A stretch of 64,000 nucleotides of DNA. Origin: Candidatus Microgenomatus sp. GTDB taxonomy: Bacteria > Patescibacteriota > Microgenomatia > UBA8517. The stretch covers positions 2,893-66,892 of the forward strand of contig DYGS01000001.1 in the NCBI GenBank assembly GCA_020724585.1, given 5' to 3'. The position numbers and the translations under genes are program-made. How positions within the stretch are numbered: the stretch's first letter is position 1; each line of letters opens with the position of its first letter. The notes beneath the pieces were generated by a model that was not told the DNA's origin, ran no database searches, and saw only the letters and a list, made by a program, of their open reading frames with translations. Below are positions 1 to 9,470 of this stretch, one piece after another.

Positions 1-440
1 GCAAGAGTAAACAAGTAATCAGAAAGACGATTTATGTATGGAAGTATATTGTGTATAGTATATTGTATATTGGGAACCGCAATTAGACTACGCTCTGCAC
101 GGCGCGCTAGTGCCCGCGCGTAATACAACTTAGTAGCTCTTGGAGTTCCTGAATAAATTATGAAGTTGGTAAGAACTGGCATAGTTCCTTCCATTGCATC
201 AATTTCTCTTTCTAATTTTTTAGTTGCATCTTTTGGAAATGTGAGTTTTGCACCAGAAAGAATTGAATTAATTGTAAATAAATTTTTTTGTATTTCTGTT
301 AGTTTTCCTATTACTCCTAAATATGAATTAAGTTCATCAATTGCACCAATTGCATTTATAGTTTTTGAAGATTTTAAAACTCTTTTCCCATTAAAAAGTC
401 CTGTTTTCCCTTTATCCCCTGTTTTTGTATATACACTCAT
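1..440 (-). CDS. pduO: PduO-type ATP:cob(I)alamin adenosyltransferase (runs off the window start)
   Basis: Not in the ORF track. Manual translation MSVYTKTGDKGKTGLF...AIGAIDELNSYLG...ARALARRAER...YINRLSDYLF gives the PduO motifs. ATG overlaps the upstream Nudix stop (ATGA). Confidence 0.9.
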   Translation of the reverse strand, partial: MSVYTKTGDKGKTGLFNGKRVLKSSKTINAIGAIDELNSYLGVIGKLTEIQKNLFTINSILSGAKLTFPKDATKKLEREIDAMEGTMPVLTNFIIYSGTPRATKLYYARALARRAERSLIAVPNIQYTIHNILPYINRLSDYLFTL

Positions 441-844
441 TTATTTGTAGCAATTGATTGATAATAACTATCAAGAAAAGCTATTTTCTTTAAACTACCC
501 ATTTCATCTAAAGTCACCCAAAGGAATTTATCATGCTCTGTTGGGTTAAGTTTAACTTCACCTTCCAACAACTCACATTCAAAAAGAATTTGAAACTGAT
601 GTCTTTGAGGGTTACTTAAGTATGAATAAACAAATAACGGTTTCCCAACTTTTACTTTCAATCCACTTTCTTCCAAAAACTCGCGTTTCAATGCTTCGAT
701 CGGATTTTCCCCGTGCTCAACTGAGCCACCGGGTGTATCCCAATAGTCAGACATAAAGTCATTTTCTGGGGATCTATGGAGAACTAAATACTTATCGCCA
801 TCTTTAATTAAACCATGTACTGCAACTTTTTGATAGTTCTCCAT
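437..844 (-). CDS. Nudix hydrolase
   Basis: Nudix box GGSVEHGENPIEALKREFLEESGL. Confidence 0.9.
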   Translation of the reverse strand: MENYQKVAVHGLIKDGDKYLVLHRSPENDFMSDYWDTPGGSVEHGENPIEALKREFLEESGLKVKVGKPLFVYSYLSNPQRHQFQILFECELLEGEVKLNPTEHDKFLWVTLDEMGSLKKIAFLDSYYQSIATNK

Positions 845-846
845 AT

Positions 847-1293
847 TTATTTCAAATCTTTAATTTTTTCTGTAAACTCAATTGGATATTTTACTTCAAG
901 TAATTTTGAGGCTTCAAGAGGTGTGAACCAATTTACCTCAATATGTTCTTCAGATAGTTTTATTTCACTATTTTCAGGAATCTCACAAGTATAAGCTCCA
1001 AGAATTAAACCAACAGAATCATCACCTTGTGGTATTCTAATTTTGGATAAAACCATTGAAAAAGGTTTAATGTTTGAGACTTCTTTAACACCAATTTCTT
1101 CTTCAACTTCTATTTTTAAAGTTTCCTCAACACTAACATCTTTTTTAATTCTTCCACCAGGAACATCCCAATAAGCAACTCCTTTCCAGTCATCTCTATA
1201 TATCAATTTTTTTGGATTCACCTTCAAAAGAAGTATTTTCCCAGCAGAATTTTTAATCAATGCTTTTATACCTAAGTGAAAATTATCTTCCAT
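847..1293 (-). CDS. Nudix hydrolase
   Basis: WDVPGGRIKKDVSVEETLKIEVEEEIG, slightly divergent Nudix box. Confidence 0.85.
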   Translation of the reverse strand: MEDNFHLGIKALIKNSAGKILLLKVNPKKLIYRDDWKGVAYWDVPGGRIKKDVSVEETLKIEVEEEIGVKEVSNIKPFSMVLSKIRIPQGDDSVGLILGAYTCEIPENSEIKLSEEHIEVNWFTPLEASKLLEVKYPIEFTEKIKDLK

Positions 1294-1341
1294 GACCTAA
1301 TTCTATACTTTATTTTTTAAAATTAAATAATTGAAAAGGAT

Positions 1342-1731
1342 TCAGGACAACCCTTTCCTGCGATAAAGTTTTTTCATTTTTAAGTATTCTTTGTCTGTCC
1401 CGGGCTCCATGCCATTTGTATTCTTCATTTTATCCGCAGGATATTTTTTAGAAATAGTTTCAAGTTTATTTTTAATTATTTCTTCGGCATCAATATTTAA
1501 AAGGGTTGCTATATCTAAACAATAAATTAAAATGTCAGCCAGCTCTTTTTTGATTTCGTTGACTTTTTCTTTGTCTTTTTTGACATCGTTTAAACTTGGA
1601 TTTGACCATTGAAATAGTTCTAGAAGCTCTGAAGATTCAATACTTATTGACTTTGCTAAATCTGAAGGCCTTAATTGGTCCCAATTCCGTTCCTTTAAAT
1701 ACTTCTTAATTTTTATTTGAAGAGACTTCAT
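1342..1731 (-). CDS. MazG-like nucleotide pyrophosphohydrolase
   Basis: ERNWDQ...SIESSELLELFQW...KKELADILIY. Confidence 0.85.
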   Translation of the reverse strand: MKSLQIKIKKYLKERNWDQLRPSDLAKSISIESSELLELFQWSNPSLNDVKKDKEKVNEIKKELADILIYCLDIATLLNIDAEEIIKNKLETISKKYPADKMKNTNGMEPGTDKEYLKMKKLYRRKGLS

Positions 1732-1742
1732 TATGAAGCATT

Positions 1743-2015
1743 TTAAATTACTTTTGTAAATCTATCAACTTCGGCCCCATTATCAAGAGTAACTTTTGCA
1801 AAAAATTCAGTCCCTGTTCTAACCCAAGTTAGTTTATCTCCATATTCTGCTTCATAAACTACACAAGGAGTTTCCGTATCTTCTATAAAGCCAACTGCAA
1901 GTATGTGATAAAACTGGTCTGGATGTTTATAATGATAGAATTTATCGCCCACTGCAACTTTAGATTTTAGATTTTCTAATTCTTTTAACAATTGCGATTG
2001 ATCTTTGTGTGCCAT
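1743..2015 (-). CDS. DUF1653-family protein
   Basis: YHYKH...VVYEAEYG...WVR...RF pattern. Confidence 0.75.
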   Translation of the reverse strand: MAHKDQSQLLKELENLKSKVAVGDKFYHYKHPDQFYHILAVGFIEDTETPCVVYEAEYGDKLTWVRTGTEFFAKVTLDNGAEVDRFTKVI

Positions 2016-2031
2016 ATTTTTATTCTATTCT

Positions 2032-4467
2032 TTAGCATTCACTGTGTCCACAGGCGTGGCATTTGGCACAGCCTTCCTGGAAAACTAGTGCAGAAGCTCC
2101 ACAACCTGGGCAGATATCTCCCGCTTTTTCTTTAGTAGCTGTCAAAAACAAACTTTTCTGCTGTTCTTCTTCAAGATGTGGAACTGTAGCTACAACTTCA
2201 CTGGTTTCAGCTTCTTTTTGTTTTGTCGACCCAAAAACATTAGGACTGCTGTGGTAGCCATTTATACCAAAGTTGTAATGAACTGATATTGCGGCGGCTA
2301 CTGCATCAGGCAAAGACTTTATTTTTGTTGGCCCAAAGCCAATTGTCCTTCTGCCGCCAATCCCCGATAATTGTTCCGCAATCTCTCTTGCTTTATTTTT
2401 TGCAGATACATCTCCCCTAAACTTTAGAGCGGTGGAGATTGTCCTGCCCAATGCTTCAGCCATCGCCGCAACATCTGATCCCGCCTTACCAACATTCACA
2501 AAGACCTCTAAAGGTTCTCCAATACCATCCTCATTTATCGTCACAAAAGCAGTGCCAACAGGGGTGTTTAATCTATAAGTTGCTCCTTTAACCATATATG
2601 GCCTTTCTCTTAGAGGGTCCTTACTATCGCTAACTGTTTGTACTTCGGTCTCTGTATTTTTTGTCCCCAGATTTAATACCTGCGCATCTTTACATCCATC
2701 TCTAAAAACAGTTATGCCTTTGCAATCGCTATCATACGCCTGCAGGTACGCAGTTTTGATATCCTCAGGCGTTACATCATGCCTTAGATTGATGGTCTTG
2801 CTGACCGCATTCTCCGTGTATTTCTGGAAAGCATCCTGCATCCTGATATGCCAAATAGGATCAATTTCGTGAGCTGTTCCAAAAATTGCTTTTACATTGT
2901 TGGGGATTCCTTCAATATTCCTAATGACCCCCTTCTCAGATACTTTGTTCATTAAATCCTCCGACCAAAAACCCCTTTCTTTTGCAATTTTTTCAAAGGC
3001 GGGGTTAACAAAAGTTAGTTTTCTATCCAAATGTTTATCTTTAACTATGTGCTGAAATGCAATCGCGAAAAGAGGTTCTATTCCTGATGAAGCCCCGGCA
3101 ATTATTGATATTGTTCCAGTTGGGGCAATTGTTGTAACGGTTGCATTTCTTCTTTTTGCTTGGCCTTTATAGATAGATTTATCAAAAAGTGGAAAGGCTC
3201 CTCGAACTTTAGCTAGTTTCTGCGTTTCCGAAACTGCGGCCTCTTGAATTGTTTTCATCACTTTTTCCCCAAGTTTTAACGCTTCGTCGCTATCATATGG
3301 AATTCCAAGTTCTAAAAGCATATCAGCCCATCCACCAACTCCAAGACCGATTCTTCTTATGGCAAAGACGGTATTTCTGATTTGCTCAAGAGGATAAGGA
3401 TTAACTTCAATTACATTATCCAAAAACCTGGTAGATAATCTCGCCGTTTTTTCAAGCCCATCCCAATCAACCTGACCATCTTTAACAAAATATGTTAAAA
3501 ATATACTTCCCAGATTACACGCATCAAAAGGATATAAGGGTTGCTCCCCACAAGGATTAGTTGCTTCAATCGGCCCCAAAGTTGGAGTTGGGTTTGCAGT
3601 ACTTTTGTTTATTTTGTCTATAAAAACAAGCCCTGGGTCTCCAGTCTTCCAGGCTCCGTCTGCAATTTCATTAAACACTTCCCTTGCAGACTTCTTATCA
3701 ACAACTTCCCCTGTTTTGGGACTGATCAGATCATAATCTGTATCGTTTTTATAAGCCTCCATAAAGGCGTCTGTTATAGCAACTGAAATATTAAAATTTG
3801 TAATTCCCCCTCCATCCTTGCAGTGAATAAATTCCATAATATTGGGGTGATCAACTCTTAAAATACCCATATTTGCACCCCTTCTTTTGCCTCCTTGTTT
3901 TACTTCATTGGTTGCGGCGTCAAAAATTCGCATAAAAGAAACGGGGCCGGAAGCTGTGCCGCTTGAAGTTTTAACAATAGAACCACTTTCTCTTAAACGA
4001 CTGAATGCAAAACCCGTACCTCCGCCAGTTTTGTGAATGATTGCTTGATACTTTAAGGCATCAAAAATTCCCTCCATAGAGTCCTCAACCGGTAAAACAA
4101 AGCAGGCCGAATATTGCAAGCCATTATTCGTTCCTGCGTTCATTAATGTTGGTGAATTTGGCAAGAATTTACGGCTCACCATGAGTTCGTAAAAATCCCT
4201 TGCAGTATTCAATACACTTTTTTTGTTTCCTCCCCATCTTGCTTCGCTGGAAGCCACATCCCAAGCAACTCTCCAAACCATATCTTCAGGAGTTTCAATT
4301 GGATTTAAATTGCTATCCTTAACCAAGTATCTTTCTTCCAAAACCTTCAAAGCCTGCTCTGTCCAATCACCTTTGGGCAAATCCAAGGGTCTGGCAGGCA
4401 TTGGTCCGACCTTCTTTATCACTTCTTCCCTTATTTTTTGGTAAGACGGAGCTTTGTAGTGCTTCAT
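2032..4467 (-). CDS. nrdJ: Adenosylcobalamin-dependent (class II) ribonucleotide reductase with C-terminal TSCPD/Zn-ribbon region
   Basis: FLPNSPTLMNAG, SACFVL, ATNPCGEQPL, TIAPTGTIS, KGITVFRDG; terminal CPGCG...CHACGHSEC. Confidence 0.95.
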   Translation of the reverse strand: MKHYKAPSYQKIREEVIKKVGPMPARPLDLPKGDWTEQALKVLEERYLVKDSNLNPIETPEDMVWRVAWDVASSEARWGGNKKSVLNTARDFYELMVSRKFLPNSPTLMNAGTNNGLQYSACFVLPVEDSMEGIFDALKYQAIIHKTGGGTGFAFSRLRESGSIVKTSSGTASGPVSFMRIFDAATNEVKQGGKRRGANMGILRVDHPNIMEFIHCKDGGGITNFNISVAITDAFMEAYKNDTDYDLISPKTGEVVDKKSAREVFNEIADGAWKTGDPGLVFIDKINKSTANPTPTLGPIEATNPCGEQPLYPFDACNLGSIFLTYFVKDGQVDWDGLEKTARLSTRFLDNVIEVNPYPLEQIRNTVFAIRRIGLGVGGWADMLLELGIPYDSDEALKLGEKVMKTIQEAAVSETQKLAKVRGAFPLFDKSIYKGQAKRRNATVTTIAPTGTISIIAGASSGIEPLFAIAFQHIVKDKHLDRKLTFVNPAFEKIAKERGFWSEDLMNKVSEKGVIRNIEGIPNNVKAIFGTAHEIDPIWHIRMQDAFQKYTENAVSKTINLRHDVTPEDIKTAYLQAYDSDCKGITVFRDGCKDAQVLNLGTKNTETEVQTVSDSKDPLRERPYMVKGATYRLNTPVGTAFVTINEDGIGEPLEVFVNVGKAGSDVAAMAEALGRTISTALKFRGDVSAKNKAREIAEQLSGIGGRRTIGFGPTKIKSLPDAVAAAISVHYNFGINGYHSSPNVFGSTKQKEAETSEVVATVPHLEEEQQKSLFLTATKEKAGDICPGCGASALVFQEGCAKCHACGHSEC

Positions 4468-4630
4468 ATATTTAATTGCATAATCTAATAACCTTTAATT
4501 TTTGTAAACTATCATTTTTTATGTAAAAATATATCAGCTCAGGCTCAAACCAGCTTCGTGAAAACTCCAGTTAAAGTTGCTCGCGGAAATTGTGAGGAGA
4601 TTTAAAAACTTATATGTATACCAAATTTAA

Positions 4631-5236
4631 TCAATCAAAAATGTTTTCAGGAGGAACTAGCCCTTTTGTCAACATCCTATCTCGTGTTTTTTTATAAACT
4701 TCCTTTGTTTTGTCAAGAGTCAAAACAATATGAGGTCTTAAGTCTTCAGGGGCGATAGGCATTATTTCCTGTTCGATCAACTCCCTATGTTTTAAAGATG
4801 AAGTTGCTAACTTCTCGTAAAAACCGTCTTCTGAATTATCGGACAGCTTTTCGGCCAATTCTAGATATTTTTCAGCTTTTGTTAAAGTTGATAACCCCAA
4901 ATCAGGTTTATTGGACTCGAAAAGTTTTAAAGACGACATCAACCGCTTGTCTGCAAATAATAAATTTAGTTCAGCTTTTTTTTGAGGTTTTAAACTAATC
5001 GCAAGCCACGCCTTATCTCTTATCACTTTCGCATACCAGAAAGGGCTATCAGGATGGATCTTTCCTGGATACGCAAACTCATAATCAATTTTCTTGGCTT
5101 TTTCGCTCTCTACTTTTTCTGATAAAACAACGGGGGTATAGGCATACCTAATAGAAGATGTAGACAACATAGTTGCCGAAAGTATTAAAAAGGCTAACAA
5201 CATCGTACCCAATCCTGTAGCAATTTTTTCTCTCAT
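4631..5236 (-). CDS. DUF5667-like exported protein
   Basis: N-terminal TM, PGKIHPDSPFWYAK...KAELNLLFADKRL; start taken at MREKI. Confidence 0.6.
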   Translation of the reverse strand: MREKIATGLGTMLLAFLILSATMLSTSSIRYAYTPVVLSEKVESEKAKKIDYEFAYPGKIHPDSPFWYAKVIRDKAWLAISLKPQKKAELNLLFADKRLMSSLKLFESNKPDLGLSTLTKAEKYLELAEKLSDNSEDGFYEKLATSSLKHRELIEQEIMPIAPEDLRPHIVLTLDKTKEVYKKTRDRMLTKGLVPPENIFD

Positions 5237-5320
5237 CGCTTCCCTATTTCGTCGGGTACCTTTTATTCTATACCAACTAGTCAATCCGTGCAAATAAAAT
5301 TAACTTAAAAAATTCTCCTT

Positions 5321-5959
5321 TCAGCGAAAGAGAACAATTGGCCACTGCCAAAGCACATGAAGAAGTATTGGAGAAACTATATTCTTAGTTCGGGCATAAA
5401 CAAATGCGCTCCCAATACCAAAAAGGGTTGTTAAGAATAAATAAACCAAGGCCGCTGATATGTCAAGTTTCCAAACAAAAAATGTAATAGGTACATGGAT
5501 TAGCGCCCAAAAAACCGAGGTCAAGAGGTTTGCTCCCCACTCGTTTTTCAAAAATTTTAAAACTCTTGTAAATATATAGCCCCTAAATGTTATCTCCTCT
5601 GAAAAAGCGGTTATAAACGAAAGACCGAGCGATGTTATAAACGGCAAACTGCCAATATTTGCATTCAAATTAAATTCGCCTCCATATTTGATAAAATTAA
5701 TTATTAACGCTTCAAGAACAAAAAACATACCTAACCCAAGGGCGTAATAAACTGCAGGAAATAAATTTTTATAAGATATACCAATTGAAGAAAGACCTTC
5801 ACCTTCTTTCTTGAGTAGAATAAAAACGGGAATAAGCCAAACTATTGGTTTTATAAAAATTTCTTCAACAGTTTCCGGCAGTTGGAATAAAAACCTATAA
5901 AACCCCCAAACTATTAAAAGATAGACTGCCAAGTAAATCGCCCGTTTAAAATTTAGCAT
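5321..5959 (-). CDS. CPBP/CAAX (Abi-family) intramembrane protease
   Basis: EEITFRG, FWALIH, ILLH motifs; multiple TM segments. Confidence 0.9.
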   Translation of the reverse strand: MLNFKRAIYLAVYLLIVWGFYRFLFQLPETVEEIFIKPIVWLIPVFILLKKEGEGLSSIGISYKNLFPAVYYALGLGMFFVLEALIINFIKYGGEFNLNANIGSLPFITSLGLSFITAFSEEITFRGYIFTRVLKFLKNEWGANLLTSVFWALIHVPITFFVWKLDISAALVYLFLTTLFGIGSAFVYARTKNIVSPILLHVLWQWPIVLFR

Positions 5960-5965
5960 TTTATC

Positions 5966-6475
5966 TTACTTAATTTTACACCCTTCAAAGGCTTTATCCA
6001 TAGCACTAATTATTAGCTTTACTTTTTCTATCGATTCTTCAAAAGAAATTGCCTTTTTCTCCTCTGGGAACCAATGAAATACGAGATTCCTTCCTTGCGT
6101 CCAAGCGTTCCAAAGTTCTTTTGCCAGTTCGTCTCCATTGCAATAATTTACTAACTTATCATAAACATATGAACCATTTCTATATTTTTTCTCTATAAAT
6201 GGGTTTAAAGCCTTGCCAATTCTAAACCTTTTGCCAAAATAATCCTCTTTGGAAATCATTCCAAGATCAAAAAAAAGTTTTTTTAAAAAACCTTCGTATG
6301 CTTTGGCTGCAGGGAAAACTACAAAAGAATAATCATGGAAGACTTTACTGCCTTGAGGCAAATCTCCTCCCCAACTTTTAACTGTATTTATCAAAAATTC
6401 GGACGCCACTAAAAGCTCTTGTAAATCTGGCTCTATGTACTCCCACCATGTTTTTTTCTCCAAATCCAAATCCAT
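5966..6475 (-). CDS. Stand-alone HEPN protein resembling the RnlA/LsoA toxin C-terminal domain
   Basis: DYSFVVFPAAKAYEGFLKK and RNLVFH (R-x4-H). Confidence 0.6.
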   Translation of the reverse strand: MDLDLEKKTWWEYIEPDLQELLVASEFLINTVKSWGGDLPQGSKVFHDYSFVVFPAAKAYEGFLKKLFFDLGMISKEDYFGKRFRIGKALNPFIEKKYRNGSYVYDKLVNYCNGDELAKELWNAWTQGRNLVFHWFPEEKKAISFEESIEKVKLIISAMDKAFEGCKIK

Positions 6476-6482
6476 ATAAAGT

Positions 6483-6866
6483 TTATTTTAATCTTTTAAT
6501 TGTTATATCGTCCATGGGATAATCTTTTTTATCAGCCGTAACCAATGTTAGTGAATTAACTTTGCATGTTGCAGCAATCATACAATCAGACATCCATATT
6601 TTTTTTGATTTTCTATTAAAAAGTTTCCTGTATTTAGCGGCTTCCTCTGCTATAACCCTGTCAACAGATAAAGTTTCGAGATTATCAAGAAGCATTTTTA
6701 ATGATATTTCTTCATCTGCCTGCGCCCCCTCTAAAAATTCTGCCACAACAATTGAAGAAAAAAATAAAGTTTTTTGTTCGATAGCCTTTCTGACCCAGCC
6801 CGCATATGGCTCAATTCCCTTGAAAGCATATACCAAAACATTCGTATCAGCTAAATAGCTTACCAT
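6483..6866 (-). CDS. vapC: VapC-like PIN-domain toxin
   Basis: YLADTNVLV...VAEF...DCMIAATC...LVTADKKDY; start at MVSY. Confidence 0.9.
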   Translation of the reverse strand: MVSYLADTNVLVYAFKGIEPYAGWVRKAIEQKTLFFSSIVVAEFLEGAQADEEISLKMLLDNLETLSVDRVIAEEAAKYRKLFNRKSKKIWMSDCMIAATCKVNSLTLVTADKKDYPMDDITIKRLK

Positions 6867-7153
6867 TGACTCCTTATCTTTCTGCTCCACCTATATATTT
6901 CCTCTTTTGAATTCCAATTAGGATGATTATTAATCTTAATTGATCCAACCACTCTATTCGCCAATTTCTTTAAATCTTCTTGCTCCTGTTTTTCTAAAAG
7001 AAGTCTTATTATCGCCGCTTTTCTCAAATATTCAGATAAGCTTTCGCCTCGTTGGCTTGCCATTTGTTCTACATGGTATTTAAGCTGATCGGTTAGGGTT
7101 ATTTGAGTTCGAACAGCTTTGTCATTTTTAGAAAGCATAGGTATTTGTATCAT
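6860..7153 (-). CDS. Ribbon-helix-helix antitoxin
   Basis: RTQITL...SLSEYLRKA; directly upstream of and overlapping the PIN gene. Confidence 0.8.
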   Translation of the reverse strand: MIQIPMLSKNDKAVRTQITLTDQLKYHVEQMASQRGESLSEYLRKAAIIRLLLEKQEQEDLKKLANRVVGSIKINNHPNWNSKEEIYRWSRKIRSQW

Positions 7154-7191
7154 GATGTATTAATCATACATCATTAAAATATTTCTGTCAA
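7152..7191 (-). promoter_or_regulatory. Promoter of the TA operon with overlapping palindromic operator
   Basis: TTGACA(7191-7186)-N17-TATGAT(7168-7163); 9-bp inverted repeat ATGATGTAT-N5-ATACATCAT at 7152-7174. Confidence 0.75.
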
Positions 7192-7247
7192 TGCCAGTAT
7201 GCTTTTTATTGGCTTAAATTAAAAATCAATGTAAAATAGACATACTA

Positions 7248-9455
7248 ATGAAAAAATTGTTCCTCAAATTGATTGAGTTTTTAAAAGTGGAGAAAAATAG
7301 GAAAAAAACTATTTTCTTTTCTGCCTTGGGCGCATCTTTTTTGTGGCTTTTTTGGGGGCTTCCACTCCCTACTAAACTCTCCTCGCCTGATATACCCGTC
7401 TCCACCAAACTTTTTGACAGAAATGGAAATTTAATTTATGAAATTTACGCAGACACAAGAAGAACACCGGTTAAACTTGATGAGCTCCCCAACCATATTA
7501 AAAACGCAACAATTGCAATTGAGGATAAAGATTTTTACAAACATTATGGTTTTTCCTACACAGGCATGGCAAGAGCTGTTTGGAAAATTGCCACTCGCGG
7601 CAAACTAGAAGGAGGGTCAACTCTAACGCAACAGTTGGTAAAAAATGCTCTTCTAACACCAGAGCGAACGATCAGAAGAAAAGTCAGAGAATTTTTTTTG
7701 ACCATGATCGTTGAAGGAATTTATTCAAAAAATCAAATCTTGGAGATGTATTTAAATCAAATTCCCTATGGCTCAACGGCTTATGGCATCGAAGCCGCCT
7801 CCGAGCTTTACTTTAAAAAAGCGGCCAAAGACTTAAATTTAGCTGAAAGCGCTCTTTTGGCGGGGCTGCCGCAAAGTCCAACTAGATACTCGCCATTTGG
7901 AGCCAGACCGGAACTTGCAAAACAGCGCCAAAAACAAGTGCTTGATCAAATGGTTATCAATAAGTTCATTTCTCAAGAAGAGGCGAAAAATGCATATAAT
8001 CAGGAGCTAAAATATGCAAAAATTGAAGCGCCCAAAGCACCTCATTTCGCTCTCTGGGTAAAAGAACAACTGGTCGAAAAATATGGAGAAAAAAAAGTTG
8101 AGCAAGGGGGATTGCGTGTTACAACAACACTCGACCTGGAGCTGCAAAATTTTGCCCAAGAAGCTGTTGCAAGCGAAGTTGCTAAACTTGCCAAACAAAA
8201 TGTAGGAAATGGCGCCGCTATTGTCACCTATCCCGCTACCGGAGAGATCTTGGCGATGGTTGGAAGTAAAGATTATTTTGCCGAAGATGAAGATGGAAAG
8301 GTTAATGTAATTTTATCCGAACGCCAGCCGGGATCATCGATTAAACCCTTAAATTACGCTCTCGCACTGCAAGGGAAAAAAATTACACTGGCAACAACTT
8401 TTGCCGATGTACCAACTTGCTTTTCGGTTTTAGGACAGGCACTTTATTGTCCTAAAAATTACGATGGGACATTTCATGGCTTAACCCAAGTAAGATTTGC
8501 ACTTGGAAATTCATTTAATATTCCCGCCGTCAAAGTTTTGGCGCTAAATGGGATTGATGAATTTATTGAATTTGCCAGAAAAATGGGATTAACAACACTT
8601 AGCGATCCGAAAAGATATGGACTTTCATTAACTCTTGGAGGAGGTGAAGTTAAACCTTACGATATGGCAATCGCATTCGGTGTTTTTGCAAACGACGGGG
8701 TAAAACAGGATTTAATTGCAATCACTGAAATTTCAGACTGGAGGGGGAAAGTCTTGGAAAAAGTTGATGTTAACGATCTTAAATTAACTGGTGAAAAAGT
8801 TCTTGATGTCGGAACTTCTTTTTTAATATCGCATACCCTGCATGATAATAATGCCAGACAGCAAGCCTTTGGACCTTCGAGCTTTTTAAATGTCAAAGGC
8901 CACCCTGAAGTTTCAGTTAAAACAGGAACAACAAATGACAGAAGAGACAACTGGACTATTGGCTATACCAAACAAATTGTTGCAGTTACATGGGTTGGTA
9001 ATAATGATAACACTCCAATGAGCGGCGCCATATCCGGGGTTTCTGGTGCCTCCCCCATTTGGAATAAAATTATTGGCTTTGCATTAAGCAAAAGTGAAAA
9101 AGGAGAATATGGAGACGATGACGGCCACGCTTGGCCGCTTCAACCCGAAAATGTGATTGGAGCTAATATTTGCGCTGATACGGGAAGCGCTGTTGTTGAA
9201 GGAGTTAACTGTCCTCAAAGATTTGAATATTTCCTAGAAGGCACTGTTCCTACAACGATAAATGTTATTGGCCAAGATGTCACAATTTTTAAAGATACAG
9301 GTCAAATCGCAATAAGAGACTATTTGCCCGAACAGGTTGAGGTTCAAAACAAACCTTTATATACAGATCCAACTGGAGGAATTTATTGTCTTACATGTCC
9401 AATTTCCTCACAATCCGCAACAATCCGCTACCCTCTTACTAAAAAGAGTAATTAG
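7248..9455 (+). CDS. Class A penicillin-binding protein (PBP1A family)
   Basis: EDKDF, GGSTLTQQLVKN transglycosylase motifs; SSIK, SFN, KTGT transpeptidase motifs. Confidence 0.95.
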   Translation: MKKLFLKLIEFLKVEKNRKKTIFFSALGASFLWLFWGLPLPTKLSSPDIPVSTKLFDRNGNLIYEIYADTRRTPVKLDELPNHIKNATIAIEDKDFYKHYGFSYTGMARAVWKIATRGKLEGGSTLTQQLVKNALLTPERTIRRKVREFFLTMIVEGIYSKNQILEMYLNQIPYGSTAYGIEAASELYFKKAAKDLNLAESALLAGLPQSPTRYSPFGARPELAKQRQKQVLDQMVINKFISQEEAKNAYNQELKYAKIEAPKAPHFALWVKEQLVEKYGEKKVEQGGLRVTTTLDLELQNFAQEAVASEVAKLAKQNVGNGAAIVTYPATGEILAMVGSKDYFAEDEDGKVNVILSERQPGSSIKPLNYALALQGKKITLATTFADVPTCFSVLGQALYCPKNYDGTFHGLTQVRFALGNSFNIPAVKVLALNGIDEFIEFARKMGLTTLSDPKRYGLSLTLGGGEVKPYDMAIAFGVFANDGVKQDLIAITEISDWRGKVLEKVDVNDLKLTGEKVLDVGTSFLISHTLHDNNARQQAFGPSSFLNVKGHPEVSVKTGTTNDRRDNWTIGYTKQIVAVTWVGNNDNTPMSGAISGVSGASPIWNKIIGFALSKSEKGEYGDDDGHAWPLQPENVIGANICADTGSAVVEGVNCPQRFEYFLEGTVPTTINVIGQDVTIFKDTGQIAIRDYLPEQVEVQNKPLYTDPTGGIYCLTCPISSQSATIRYPLTKKSN

Positions 9456-9470
9456 GGGTAAAATACCCGC

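Noticed and set aside
160-450. 96-aa plus-strand ORF in the track
   Set aside because: Antisense shadow of the pduO-type gene on the minus strand.
4500-4625. Moderately GC-rich leader upstream of nrdJ as a riboswitch or NrdR box
   Set aside because: I could not find B12-element motifs, a convincing stem set or an NrdR consensus by eye.
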